A DNA stretch of 64,000 nt, from positions 22,942,001 to 23,006,000 of the forward strand of contig NW_024704742.1 of assembly GCF_018977255.1 (NCBI RefSeq). The letters run 5' to 3'. The stretch is from Callorhinchus milii. Its lineage: Eukaryota. This document shows, piece by piece, positions 39,865 to 52,763 of the stretch (the stretch's first letter is position 1; the number at the start of each line of letters is the position of its first letter). The position numbers and the translations under genes were made by a program. The notes under the pieces are model-generated. The model was given only the letters and a program-made list of their open reading frames with translations, was not told the DNA's origin and made no database searches.

Positions 39865-40692
39865 CTCATGAGGAGAAACTTAAGGACCTGGGATTGTTTT
39901 CGCTAGAATAGGGAAGGTTCAGAGAAGATCTGATAGACGTTCAAAATTATGAGGACTTTTGATCAGATAAAAAAGGGTCACTGGTGAGTCAATAACCAGA
40001 GGGCTTAAGTTTAGGATTATTTAGAATTTATACGTCAGCCTGGCAACAGGGTAGCACTCTCACCTCTGAGTCAGAGGGTGTGGGTACAAGCTCCATGTTG
40101 GGACTTGGAATCAAAGCTTAAGATGACATTCTAATGCAGTGCTGGGGGTGTGTCCATCCTTCGGATGAGACTTTAAACTGTTTTAAGAGGTCCTGTCTGC
40201 TTTTATAGGTGGATGTTGATGATCCCATGGCACTATTCGAAAAGAGAAGGGAGATTCTCCTTGTGTCCTGGCCAACAATCCTCCAAACAATATTGGCCAC
40301 TCACTCTGTGGCTGTTTGTGGAATATTGCTGTGTACAATTGGCTAAGTTTTGCCCACAAAATAGTCCACTTTATAGTATATCCTGTGAAATGCTTTGAGA
40401 TGTTTCAACGACATAGTAAAGCACTATATCAAATGCATTATTATTATCAAAAAATAAGAGGTTAGGAGATCTTTGTTTTAAATGGAGGGTTTTAATAGGC
40501 CATGGAACGCACTGCTACAAATGGTGGTTGAAACAGAATTCACAATAGCTTTTAAAAGGAATTTAGACAAAGATTTGAAAAGGAAAAATATAAGAGTATG
40601 GGCAAAAGATAAGGAGTGTGACTAAACAGACAATGAATCGGCATGGTAGGAAGAATGGCCTTTTAAAAAATAATTTCATAAGATTCTATGAT
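39865..40692 (+). mobile_element. Old CR1 3' fragment interrupted by a Deu-SINE
   Basis: CR1 RT C-terminal DNA (GGATTGTTTTCGCTAGAATAGGGAAGG...GATCTGATAG) resumes at ~40448 and ends in ATTCTATG. Confidence 0.75.
40034..40447 (+). mobile_element. SINE family B (tRNA head, Deu-domain, L2-type tail)
   Basis: GCACTCTCACCTCTGAGTCAGA..GTGGGT head; Deu-like core CGGATGAGAC.TTAAAC...GGTGGATGTT...GATCCCATGGCACTATT...GTGTCCTGGCCAA. Confidence 0.85.
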
Positions 40693-40805
40693 TTGAACAG
40701 TGTGCAGCAATAATGTATGCCAACTGTGCTCTTATCAGTTCATGAAATTATACCGAGCCCAGTCAATTGCTGTAATGTATTAAGAGCAGTCAGCATTGTC
40801 TACAG

Positions 40806-40950
40806 AGACTCAATGCAAAGTCCAGTTGATTGATAATAACTGTGAACTTTATTCTGGTCGCTGGATGTTGAAGTATGCTCTTTCAAAGGTGGTTCCCTGG
40901 TTCGACTTGAAGTCAGGGGAAACAACACCGCCTTCTGTTCTGAGTGAAAA
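40806..40950 (+). CDS. Candidate internal exon (TQCKVQLIDNNCELYSGRWMLKYALSKVVPWFDLKSGETTPPSVLSE), product unidentified
   Basis: tctacag acceptor, 47 open codons with protein-like composition, AA|gtaata donor, non-repetitive sequence; phase 1 in, phase 2 out. Confidence 0.4.
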
Positions 40951-41668
40951 GTAATACTTTGTACTTGCCCAAAACAGACTTTAACCTATATTAACTTTCC
41001 TTATTTTATTTAGTTTCCATGAAACATTTCTAATCGTTAATGTACAGTAATGCTCACATGTAAAATGTAGAAGATAGTGGCACTACTCATAACAAACTGT
41101 ACAACAACAACAAAATTACATTTGTATAGCACCTTTCATGTCAGGAGGACGTCCCAAGGCGCTGGACAGTCAGTGTTTCAGATCAAGGTAAACAGACGCA
41201 TAAGAATGTGAATGATAAAAGGCTACTCAACCATCAAGATCACAAGATTGGTATGGATGAAGAAGGCCCTTCGGCCCATCCAATCTCATCCCTCCAGAAC
41301 AGCCACCCGAATGTGAACCAATCATTGCATCAAGCTGCTTTTTAAATGAGTCTAGTGTCCTGACCTCTACAACAACAACAACAAAACGTTAGATCCCTCT
41401 GATTATTCTCTCTCAGAACTTTCATGAAACACGACATGGATAGTCAAAGTTGTAAAATATCTTCAAAGATTCTTCACTAAAGAATCTGTCATGTAACTGG
41501 GGATTGCATCCGATAACCAGAAGTGGGTCACATCAAGCTATGGAAACTCCATTCCGAGAAAGAATGGGATGTGATTTACACTTCCTTATTAAAGAATTCT
41601 ATTGGAATTCATGTGGACCCATGGGTTTGACCTCACATTGCATAAAATGCTTCTGGCAATTCCTGCAT

Positions 41669-42244
41669 GTTAGCTTGGCTCAGTGGTTGCACTTTCGCCT
41701 CTGAGTAAGAAGGTTGTGGGTTCAAATCGGGACTTGAACTTAGAGAGTCTGAGCTGACACTCCAATGCAAAGTGCTGTGTTGCATTGTCAGAGGTGAAGA
41801 CCAAAGTTAAACTAAGATCTTGTCTGTCTGTTCAGGTGGAGGTTAATGATCCTACAACAACAACAAGGTTCCATTTATAGAGCGCCTTTCACGTCGGGAG
41901 GACGTCCCAAGGCGCTGTACAGTTGGGTCAGGACCCGAGCAGGGGGGAAATGGTCAGGGTGAGGGGAGGGAAGGGAGGGAGCGAGGAGGGGGTAGAGAGT
42001 CGGGAGGGGAGCTGAAGGCACGGTCCTATGGCACTATTCGGAAAGAGAAGAGAGTTTCTCCCAGTGTCCTGACCAACAATCCTCCAAATAAAAGTGGTCA
42101 CTCATTTCTTGGCTGTTTGTTCATTGCCTACAAATACAGTTCCTCCATTTTACAGTAATTCCTATGAAGTGCTTTGAGACATCCTTCTGACATGAAAAGG
42201 CACTATACCAAATGCAAGCATCATTTATTTATATTATTATTATT
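41669..42244 (+). mobile_element. Deu-SINE interrupted by an L2 3' end
   Basis: The core motif GATCC|.ATGGCACTATT is split by 41854-42025. Confidence 0.85.
41854..42025 (-). mobile_element. Young L2 3' end inserted into a Deu-SINE
   Basis: (CAA)n tail and L2 terminal motif; nearly identical to 53615-53845. Confidence 0.85.
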
Positions 42245-42469
42245 AGTCCTCTTTGGCAGAAATGCCATTGAGTTCAATGTTATGGAAGAATTAGAAACAC
42301 AAAATAACTTACATGATTCAAGTTGAGGATAGTTACATTGCTTCAAGCAATTATTAAATACCTATGAAATTTGATGTCATAACTTATTAGTTGGCAATAA
42401 ATTAATTTGCATAAAAGTAAAAAAGAATATTCAGATGTTTAAATAGTAACAATGCTAACGGACACAATA

Positions 42470-42760
42470 GGATAACCCCAACATTTATAGATTTACTTAT
42501 TGGTATTAATCCACCAATATTATAATCTAGCAGAATCAGGGCTCTTCAGTTAATGTCAATGAAAAAAAAGTCATTATTCAACAATGTCCCAGACATGTGC
42601 CTCAAAAAAGCCACACAACATATCAATACACTTAGGGAAACAAATACAAAATTACCACTGAAGTGTTCATTGAACAACATGAATCTTACATTATTTAAGT
42701 GACGTAACTGCAATGAATGACACGATCATCTTAGCTCATTTGAACATAAAAGCTACTTAT
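42470..42760 (+). pseudogene. Probable fossil of a Penelope-like RT fragment
   Basis: DNPTFIDLL...KSLFNNVP...LKCSLNNMNLTLF...(frameshift) VTAM...ILAHLNI, colinear with Penelope RT motifs SLFTNVP and GTAMGS...LANL. Confidence 0.35.
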
Positions 42761-43390
42761 ATTGATAAGTGATGCACAGTCAGTCAGCACAGTGTAACAA
42801 ACATACACCCAAGACAAAGCCTTACATTTACAAAGCCTAATTTGAGATAAGTATTAGAGCAGAACGTAATCTATGTATCCAGTTTTGAGAACCAAATACA
42901 ACTCCATTGATTAGGAATTACGTATTGTTATCTGGAGGCACAGTTGCCTATTACTTCGCTGTATTTGATCAGATCTAACTGATAGTCTTCAGCAGAGACC
43001 TGAAAGTAGCAAGAGAAGGGGCCAGGCGAAGGGAGTGAGGAAGGGAGTTCCAGAGCCTTGGCGCATAGTGGCTAAAGGCACGGCCACCGAGGATGGAGCG
43101 GAGGATTTGGGGGACAAGGAGGAAGCCAGATCCAGAGGAACGAACTCCAATGAGTGCCCTTGTTAGCTCTCTTTAACATAGGTTGATCGCCAATAACCAT
43201 AGAAGGCAGTGATAGAGTTCATCCCTCTCTCACAACTGTCATTTATTGGGCTATTTTCATAGAGATAATGTTCCAGTTTACTTTAATGAGTTTTCCACTG
43301 ATTCCACTTATAGACCAGTGTGTCTGTAATTGACAGGTATAGCTTTTTCAACTCTCTTAGAATATAACATCCACATATGCTTATTTCCAG

Positions 43391-43428
43391 TCTATTTTTT
43401 GAAATTCCTGTGGACAATCCAGCAAGTA
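43391..43428 (+). CDS. Candidate small internal exon (LFFEIPVDNPAS)
   Basis: ttatttccag acceptor and gtaagt donor; phase 2 in, phase 1 out, compatible with 40806-40950. Confidence 0.35.
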
Positions 43429-45382
43429 GTAAGTGGTGCAGCCAATGACAGCCTTGCATGCTCAAGCCCATTCACAACAACAACTTGCCTTTGTGTAATA
43501 CCCTTCACGCAGGATAGCATCTTGGAGCACTTAACAGTTTTGCAGAATTTATCGCTGACTTGAGGAGAGAGGGGAGATTACCATAGATATGATCGAAAAG
43601 AAAGGTCTTCAAGGTAGTTAGGGAACTCAACAATGTCACCAATTTCAAAGAACTGGTTTGTCGAGATGAGCTGACTTTGACTGTCAGTAGGTAAGCTGAT
43701 CTCGACTCAAAACAGGTTTTCTTAAAAATGGTTTACACAAACATTTGTCAGCTATAAATCAGCATTGATCTTAACACAGTGTAAATTAATGGAATTTGCA
43801 GAATAAACTACCCATTGTCTTTACCTCATCCATTAATGAGAGCCAATTAAAGTTTTTTACCGTGATAACATTGAATTTTTAATGCAGAACAAAAGGCTGC
43901 AGTTTTGTTAGGATTTTAGGGCCGGTTATGATATTTGACTCTTGAAATTTTGTCATTGACTCTACAAACGTTTGGAGAGAATCTGTCCCCTCGAGTGGTA
44001 ATTGAAACCATAATCATGTTGTCTCAAAGATCTCCCAGTTAATGGAAATCTTTAAAGCTGTTATCAGTAGATCATAGAATAATAGAATTATACAGCACAG
44101 AAGGAGGCCATTCAGCCAATTGTGTCTGTGCTGACTCTTTGAGAAGAGCTATCCAATTCAATCCCACTCCCCCGCTCTCTCCCCAGAGCCCTGCAAACTT
44201 ATAGAATCATAGAATTGATTCTATGGAATCTGGTAATATTTTCCAATACAATCTAATTTGTTAGCATTCCCACCAGACCAGATGTACAAACCTCCAACCC
44301 ATGGAAGAATTGTAAATTCAAATTCATTTTAACCTCTGGAGTAATACATGTGTACTCTTTTTACAATTCATTCTCCACAAAGCACTGCAGATATGTCTCC
44401 ATCTAGTGGACTAAATATCTATCCGTAGGTTGAAGGCCCACAAAGAAATGACAGCCCTTGGATACATAAGCCAAGGACAGAATCCAGAACAGGATTTCCA
44501 TCACCTCTTTATAGAAAGTATGGTATCATCTCTAATGAACAACTCTGCCAATGGCATAGATAGAAGAGGCTATTGGTTTGGAATAGGGGTATAAATAATC
44601 CTTGTTATGTGAGTTTCACTTTTACCCCTGAAGCTATTAACACCAGCCTACCATCTGATTCCATTTCTTGGCCGTAGCCTGTAGCGTGTACTGATTTATG
44701 ACTTGCTAAATTTCTCTTGCTGGTACTATTTGCTGCAAATAATTCCGTCACCACCCATCTCTGCCAGCCTCTCTTGGAATCGGATGAGTTTACTAAAGCA
44801 GGAGAATTTTTTTATAACCTTTCCAACTTTGTCATAATTTTTCACATGTAATAAAGCTCAAAGCGTTAATATACCAAGATATTATTTCAATACCATTATG
44901 GTGTGACATTTCAATTACTTTTTATTGAATATTCCTACCATGATAGAATGGTTCCCCAGATATTCCACATTCTCCAGAGTCTACTTATCTAGAGCATAGC
45001 CTGCTCTCCTCTCAATATAACCATCTCACAGTTGAGCTTTACTGCACATTTCATTGCTTTCCATATCATCAACTAACTCTTTAAACACCCCCTTCTGGTA
45101 AGACCAGAAGCATGAAAAAGAAATGCCTTTTCAGTTCCATCAGGCCTGCTCCTTGAAAACCTCCCCTATAATGACAAGTAATCTTTAAATAACCTTTGCG
45201 AACCTACAGGAAAATACCCTTGACCCTCTGGCGAATGTGCACATCTAGGCCATGGGTCTTTATCTCTAGAAAGGAGCAGAATTTGGAGGGAATATCTGAA
45301 CATGCTAATCACTACACCTAGACGTAACAAAGTCATCAATAAAACAATGCAGAAGTTAATTATTTGTAATAAACCCCGTTTT

Positions 45383-45525
45383 ATCATGGATTGTGATAAT
45401 ATTCACTGTGAATTGTGACAAGGTTCACAGGAATTGTAACAATCCTCACCACAGAGTGTGAAAATGTTCCTAATAGAGCGTGGCAATGTTCATCATGGAT
45501 GGTGATAATATTCACATAGAGTGGG
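45383..45525. repeat. Degenerate ~22-bp minisatellite
   Basis: ATCATGGAT(T/G)GTGATAATATTCAC occurs at both ends with diverged units between. Confidence 0.65.
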
Positions 45526-47908
45526 GTTTACAGTACATTTGCGCTATTATTACCGCTGCCTGGAGTTAATGGAATGGAAATACAGTGAAAGACTGTAAAG
45601 ACTCCCTCCTCCTCCTCCTCCTACTTGCTGCCACCTCCACAAATTGCAAGCAATATTTATTATTATTATTATTTTCAATTCAAAGTATTATTGTGCTGTG
45701 CTTTGAAAGGATACGCATATTTTCATTCTCTGCGTGCATCATAGGAAAGACTATTAAAGTCTTTTTTTTATCCACAAAATGAAAACTTAGGGGTTTTTTT
45801 AGCCTATTTTTGGTATGAAAAAATCAGGAGGGAAATTTAACACAAAAACCCCAAGTAAATCTGGTGAAATCTTTCTCTGCCTTTCTCTCTCTTTCTCACT
45901 CTGAATTTCTTTTCCTTTGTCTATCTCTCTGAAACATTAAGTTTCTATAACTTTTTCTATCTTTATAATGTACAATAGTATGACAGACTTAACTTCTTGC
46001 AGCTTTAAACCATTCAGATGTTTGTGCGTATGAAGTTACATGTATACATATGCACATGGATACTTTAGAGTTCCTATTGTCCTCTCTATCTTATCTGCTG
46101 GGCTCAATTATAATCTCAACCCATTGGTTTTCATGTCTCACACCACAGGGTCACAATTTATACTGAGAGATAAAATCCCGGGTGCCTGATTTATAATAAT
46201 AATCTTTGCATTTTATGTAGTGCCTTATCACATTGTTGAGAAGCCTCAAAGTGCTCCACATGTTCACAGGTTATTGAATATCCAATTTTCTGATATTACG
46301 ACAAAAATAAAATTATACCTTTTGTTCAATTTATATTTTTACCGATAACTTGCAAAACAAAAATCTGTATTTATTATTTTGACATTTAGTTATTTTTCTT
46401 TGATGATGGAAAACTGGTTACAACTTCAGATTAATAGATGAGCAGGTAGTGTGAGGTGGCACTCGGGTGCTGTATCACTCTCTGGGATGTTTAGGTATTT
46501 GTCCCATGGGTTTAATCTCTGAGTTTTGTGTGTATGATGGAATTGTTTTGTGATGGGCCAGGTAACCTGAGAAATTGTGTGCAATTGACATGTTGCTCAT
46601 ATTCACATGTAGTTTATAAAGAGAAGGGTGTTTCTCCCCATATCCTGGTTAACAATCCCCCAAATGAAATTGATCATACTAAATAAATAAATACTGTGAA
46701 GCACTTTGAGATGTCTTCTCGATGTGAAAGGAGCTATACCAAATGCAAGCATTATTATAATTACATTCATTATTACTTTCTTTGAAGTCAGCTATAACAC
46801 TATATAACGGGCAATCACTGAAGTTATAAAATCAATAGCTTCTTACATAAGCAATTGCTTAATAATGAATGATATTGCATCTGAATACAGTAATTGCATA
46901 ATCACAACAGTTTTCTGTGCAGCAGAATATATAGAGCAGATTATTAACTAAACAATTGTCTAACAGTGAACCCCATTTAATTTGTATCTTACACAGGCAA
47001 ACACTGTAATTTTAGCACATAAGTAAAATGGGGATAATAGCAAGTTGGTTTAGTTTAGCTAGATGTATTTTTGTAAATGTAAGGCTCCATATATGTTTCA
47101 GTACCGTTTTTCAATCCTATACAGCTGGATTTAATTCTCTGTGAAAAATGAAATTTGCAGCAGTAAGGTTGAAGTATTGTCTGAATAATTAATCACTATG
47201 ATCTTCACAAAGGTTTGCCAATACCAGTGATATCTCTTACCACACTCCTCTGCTCAGCTAACATGACCTTCTGCATGTTCCCCAACCCATCTACACCACC
47301 ATCGAATGGTTGAGTTTTCAGTCACTATGCTCATAACCTTTGGAACTCTACCTCGGCCCTTCTCTATCTGCCTTAAATCCCGTCCTAAAACCTAACTTTT
47401 TAACCATGCCTTTGGTCACCTCCTACTTCTCCCTTGCTCAGTGACCAATCTCACCACTGTGAGGTGCTTGAAGACAATATCCTACTTGAACATAATTCAG
47501 CACCAATTGGGATCAGCTCTTCTTTGACACTGCACGCTCTTTTACTCATGTTGCATACACGAGAAGATGCAAACACATACAGGAAACTGACTATGGCCTC
47601 AAACCAACACAAAGGATTGCTATACTATTGGAGATGGCAGAGGTTTCAGATGGATGAAAGTTGAATGTCCGATGAATGAGAATTGTTAAGTCAATGCTTA
47701 TTTTTATTTTGTTATGTGCATGTTCTGAGGCTTCAGATAGATGTTAAAAGAGAACGGGGAAAGAATACTAACATTGTTAGGGTAGATTATTGTGAGACAG
47801 GAAAGAGTATTTAGTACTTTCTGAAGGGATTGAGATTTATCTTTTAAATGGGTCTCCGGCTCCAGAAAATATTGATTTTCAACACATTTTATTTGGTGCA
47901 TTTTTCAG

Positions 47909-48017
47909 TATTTTGCAAATATTGTGATTCTAAAAGAACAAATGTACTTTTTGATTTGAAAAACATTCTCTCGAGATTGACTGACTATGACTTGAAATAC
48001 ATTATAGCTGGAATAAA
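47909..48017 (+). CDS. Candidate internal exon (FCKYCDSKRTNVLFDLKNILSRLTDYDLKYIIAGI)
   Basis: catttttcag acceptor in phase 1, inside ORF 47848-48144. The donor (gtttaa) is weak, so the end is uncertain. Confidence 0.25.
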
Positions 48018-49220
48018 GTTTAAATTACTGATTTTCTCTGTTTTTCCTATTTGGCTGCCCCCTCGTAAGACATATTTGCCCCCTTCCTTCTCCACTCCCA
48101 ATCCACATGTTCTCGTGAGAAGGCAATGTACTTCTGCTTTCTGATTTGACATGGCATCAAAGTCCAGAAATGTACTGAAAACCGTACAACACATGGTATA
48201 ATAATTTCTGCATCTGAATTGGGCTATACGCTGATTAAAATAGGAAAATGTTTTGTTTTACTAAACTAATTAAAACCAGTGTTTGTCCAGTTAACATGAT
48301 TTAAGAAATATGTTAGTGTTAATGAAAGGAAAGTAGAAATCACCAAAGGGTATAGTGGAAGGTTCTGTTGAATCATAAAAATAATGATAAATATATAATA
48401 ATGCTTTCATTTGATATAGTACCTTATCACACCATCAATATGTCTTAAAGTGCATCACAGGAATTACTGTAAAGTGTAGTGAATGTGTATTTGCAGGCAA
48501 ATGTGGCAGAATGTGGCATAGAAATGTCCCACAACCAATTATGAAGTGAATCACCACATTTATAATAATAATTAAGTTAGGTTTAAAATACTGTGGAAAT
48601 TTAGTATGCTTAAAAGCGTAATAAAAATATGGGTAAACCTTGAGGTGTTCATTAACGTGTTCCCTGTTTGTCATAGTTTATACTCTGTGAAAAATTCAGC
48701 TGAGGGTGATCCACAGACCCTTTGGTGTTGTTGGCTACCAATGGGATTTCCCATTTCAATTGCACATCACCAAAGGTAATGCTCAATGGATGTTTTGCTT
48801 GCTTATATGGAGTTAGAACCTGTAATCCCATGGCCTGAATCAGAAAACATTGCAATCAGTTTCCTGTATTTTTTTAACACTGAACTGCTGGCAACTGATC
48901 TGAAGGAGCTGCTGTGTGGTTCAGAGTTTGGGTGGTGTGTATTCATCACTGAGGCAATTGAGGAGACTTTCCATTGGATAACAAGGTAAAGGAGAAATCT
49001 GCAGTTATTTCTTACCATGTTCTTTGCGCAATTGAAACCGAGGATCTCACGATAGGGAACATAACAAATTTTACCCCGTAGCTTCACTTGTTTTATTTCA
49101 CATTTAATTCTTTTTGAAAACTCAGTACAAATTATATAATGCAACAAGTCATCCTGTTATTTTACTAATACTCATTCCATTTATACAATATAAATATATG
49201 TTCATGCTTGTTATTTTCAG

Positions 49221-49372
49221 CACCTACGTGAGCAGTGAAAATCAACAAAACAATTTGACTTGTTATTCTGTTCCTGGTTTCATACTGACACTAGATAGCA
49301 AAGGGGAAAATATTCAATTCCTTTGCAGTGATGCCTCTCACTTGGATGAAACCACAAATGCTGTCAGTCACA
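49221..49372 (+). CDS. Candidate internal exon (TYVSSENQQNNLTCYSVPGFILTLDSKGENIQFLCSDASHLDETTNAVSH)
   Basis: ttgttattttcag acceptor, inside ORF 49114-49434, CA|gtaaaa donor; phase 2 in, phase 1 out. Confidence 0.35.
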
Positions 49373-49570
49373 GTAAAATATTTATAAGACTGTTCTGTGG
49401 CACATACTGTATATACACAATGTACGGTTGCTAGGTTTTGAGTTGAAACTGGTTTTGTGCTAGATGTGTTCCTATGGAATTGAATGGTTACCAAAATTAT
49501 GGGCAGTTTTAGTCAGTGTGTTCATGCTCACTTGAACCTGAGTTTTGCCTCAGTTATCTTATTAACACTT

Positions 49571-49810
49571 AAGGCCCGAAATTCCACCTAGTTTTTCCAC
49601 CTATAAGAAGACTATTTTGCTTTAAACTATAAAATTGTGCAGAATTGCAAATATTCAGACTACTTTAAGAAGCCGTTTCTGCTGCTGTTTATAAAAAACA
49701 CCAGCTTCTCACTTAAGCCTGAATTTAAGAATTCTTACCAATTCTCTGCGATCTTATATGTTAAAGTAAATGGTATTATAAGCTAAGACTAAGTGGAATT
49801 TTGGGGCCTT
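49571..49810. mobile_element. Short MITE (Harbinger-like ends)
   Basis: Imperfect TIRs AAGGCCCGAAATTCCACCTAG and CTAAGTGGAATTTTGGGGCCTT around an AT-rich interior. Confidence 0.6.
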
Positions 49811-50604
49811 CAGAGTCGACATATTTCACATCTCTTGTAAAAGAGATTGGTGCAATGAACCTAAAACCATTTTGCCACATATATGAGGGAGACCCACATC
49901 ACCTCTTGGGATTAATTGCCTCTTTATAATGCTGCAAACCAAGTCCTATTGCTTCCAGAAACAGCTCACTGTGGAAAAGGGAGGCCCAATGTCTGTATCC
50001 TGCCACCCATAACATTGCCCTGGGCCTGAGGAGGCAATCAATAAAAGAATAACACCCGATCTCAGAGTTCTGCGTACGCAGAAGTTTAATAAATAGTCCC
50101 CTGAGAGCAGACCACACAAGAACCTTTAAGGGACTATTTGGAAGTAGAGCCAGATTCACAGTGTTGTGTTTATCGTACTTGTGTGCCAACAAAGTGCTGC
50201 TGAAACCACCTCCTCTGGATGGACTTGGCTCAGAGATCAGGATGATTCACTCACGAACAGCGCTGCTCACCCCTACTTTAAACGGCACGTTTTGTGAATT
50301 CACGCTGATTCATTGGGAAACTATAAACACACCATAAAACACTCAAACCATGGTTAATTCTAAAGATGATAAATGAAACATCTGAAAGGTGAAGCCAAAT
50401 CCTCAGTGTGAATGGCTATACTGACAACCAAAAATTATGAGCTAATGTGGAAACTTCTGATTTTCCCAGCAGAAACTTTCTTCCTGCACGCACAATTGGT
50501 GATGGACGGTTAATAAATCTACTGTAGGGTTACCTCAGGGTCAGGCCAGGGGCACACAGGAAGAAAGCTCCATGTACAGTGAGTTTGAACTCAAGGGAAC
50601 CTGA

Positions 50605-51005
50605 AAAGGGAGGGAGAGTGGAGTAGGAAGGGGAGAGGACATGGAGAGATTAGTGGGAGCCATCACTGATTTAGTGTGGAGAGATTTAATGGGGCTCAGC
50701 ACTCAAATGGAGAGAGGAGAGGGAGAGAGAGGGAGAAAGAATGAGGGACTAAGAGAGAGAGTGAGAACAAGAATAAGAGAATGAGACAGAGAGAAAGAGA
50801 GCAAGAGAGCGAGATAATAGGAAAAATGAAACAATGAGAGAATGAGTGAAAAAGAAAAGGACTAAAAAAAGAGAATAAGAGAGAGAAAATGAGTGAGAAA
50901 GAGAGAGCCTGAATGTGAGAGAGCGAAAGTGAACAAATGAAAGAGGATGAGAAAAAATGAATGAGAGGGATGTAGAGTGTTGAATGAGAGAGAAAAAGTC
51001 AGAGA
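50605..51005. repeat. GA-rich low-complexity (polypurine) tract
   Basis: Degenerate (GA)n/GAAA over about 400 nt. Confidence 0.85.
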
Positions 51006-51748
51006 GTTGCCCTGCAATGTCTTTTGGACGTGAAGGGCGCTATACAAGTGTAATTTGTTGTTTGTGTTGTTGTGATTGATGTGGTTGGGAGAAGTTTGGA
51101 TGAACAGTAAGGTAGTCCCTATCTGGCTAGACAAAGGTCCTTCACGTGCCAGGCTGCAATTGATTGTGAATCTTATCACTTTTTTATTGGTAGTAAGTAT
51201 TTATACGCTACTGAACCAGGGCAAAAAAAACAATGTTCAAATTATTTTGTTCTTTGACTGTTTCACTACCGAAGTGTCTCCCCTCGTGTTTTATAATGAT
51301 GTTCATTTCAGTACTGACAGCATTCGATCAAACATTTACAAAACCTGCACCAATCCACCTTGGGACTCCCAGTTTTTAGACCTTGTATGAGATAACAGGA
51401 CTATATTGAGCAATCAAGAAGTGTTTGCAGCAGTTTATTAGTGGAAACAATTCAACAGAAACACTTTCCTTCACTTTAACAACTAATGTGAGTTTTGTCC
51501 ATTAACCTCATAAGTAGATCCCTGCTAATAAAGTATCCCCCTCCCCCCCATAACACTTGTTCGCTTATAGCCTGGGCCAATAGAAAAGTACGAAATATTT
51601 GCTAAAAATTGCAGGGAGATTCACGAATTCTGTGGGAAATTGCAGGGGAGTTTTGACAAATTTTGCAGAAAATGCCTGGGAGTTGATTGCTCCTGTTGAG
51701 TGCAGGAGAGGAAGGAGCGAACCTGAGAAGCAACAACTCGTTCTAGGA

Positions 51749-52044
51749 CAATCACACATATTCTTCGCACGCACAAACACAGACACACAGACAATCACAC
51801 ACTCTCACACACACACATAGTGACACACAATCACACACTCTCTCACACACACAAACAAAGAGACACAGACAATCACACACGCTCTCACACATTCACACAG
51901 AGACACACAGACAATCACACACGCTCTCACACATTCACACAGAGACACACAGACAATCACACACGCTCTCACACATTCACACAGAGACACACAGACAATC
52001 ACACACTCTCTCACACACACAAACACAGAGACACTCAGACAATC
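51749..52044. repeat. CA-rich minisatellite, ~42-bp unit, about 7 copies
   Basis: Unit ACAATCACACACGCTCTCACACATTCACACAGAGACACACAG. Confidence 0.9.
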
Positions 52045-52252
52045 AACAACAACAACTTGCATTTATATAGCGCCCTCCATGCCAAGCAGCGTCTCCGAGC
52101 GCACAGAGGCATACAGACAATCACAACACTGGGGCCTCCCAGTGAAGCCCATTTGCCATTGTGCCGCACCGCGCATGCCCTTCTGGAGTTACTCCGCCCA
52201 CTGTGACGTCAGGTAAAACAGCCGGGAGCCCCGCGGCCAGAAACTACATCGG

Positions 52253-52335
52253 TTTTGTAGCGGAGGAGGATGTAGCGGAGGAGGACATTTGTAGCGGAGG
52301 AGGGCGTTTGTAGCGGAGGCGGGCGTTTGTAGTGG
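52253..52335. repeat. Tandem TTTGTAGCGGAGGAGG-type repeat, about 5 copies
   Basis: Visible directly; unit about 15-20 nt. Confidence 0.85.
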
Positions 52336-52692
52336 ATTCCGCAGAAAAAAAGAGCGGCAGCACTTTTCTATTGGCCCAGCATTAGCTCTGGTTCACATGT
52401 AACACACGTGCCCTCTGGAACCACAGGTGACTTGTGCTCGAGGACCAGTTGATTTTCCACACACTAAAACATACCTGACTTTTGGGTCACCGCCAACGTA
52501 ATGTTCTACGCACTGCAGAGTGATGTGAACGTTCACGTGATAGGAGCTGTCACAATGCAGAAGCAAGCACTGCCTAGAAATCTTGCCCCATTATAAAGCT
52601 GGCTGGGATTTTATGGATCTCAACGACAGCATCACATTATTAATCAGCCCTTTTGCTTTTATTGCCTGAATGTGGTCAGTATTGTATTTTAG

Positions 52693-52763
52693 GCTTCCCA
52701 TCATTGACAGACAGATTCCAATACAATGTATTCCCCATTGTTCTCCTTCACTGTTACTTGCAC
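52693..52763 (+). CDS. Candidate internal exon (71 nt, two open frames)
   Basis: tgtattttag acceptor and CAC|gtaagt donor; the reading frame is ambiguous. Confidence 0.3.

Larger units (their letters stand above)
51572..52379. mobile_element. TIR-bounded non-autonomous DNA transposon (MITE, possibly PIF/Harbinger-like)
   Basis: Perfect 18-bp inverted repeats CTGGGCCAATAGAAAAGT (51572-51589) and ACTTTTCTATTGGCCCAG (52362-52379); subterminal tandem repeats; no transposase ORF. Confidence 0.7.

Noticed and set aside
44429..44590. Exon-like open frames after ccgtag
   Set aside because: ALGYISQG and the flanking DNA resemble a decayed CR1 RT segment (MLGYISRG...LY).
48803..49147. Minus-strand 114-aa ORF or exon with ATG|gtaag
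   Set aside because: Overlaps a TIR-like motif (GGGGTAAAATTTG); weak acceptor and no partner exons.
51312..51385. C2-domain-like peptide RSNIYKTCTNPPWDSQF as an exon
   Set aside because: Weak donor, phase-incompatible with neighbouring candidates, and the similarity is too short.
51749..52335. CRISPR-like array, or His/Thr-rich ORFs 51820-52206 and 51805-52062
   Set aside because: Tandem minisatellite without unique spacers in eukaryotic DNA; the ORFs are translations of the repeat.
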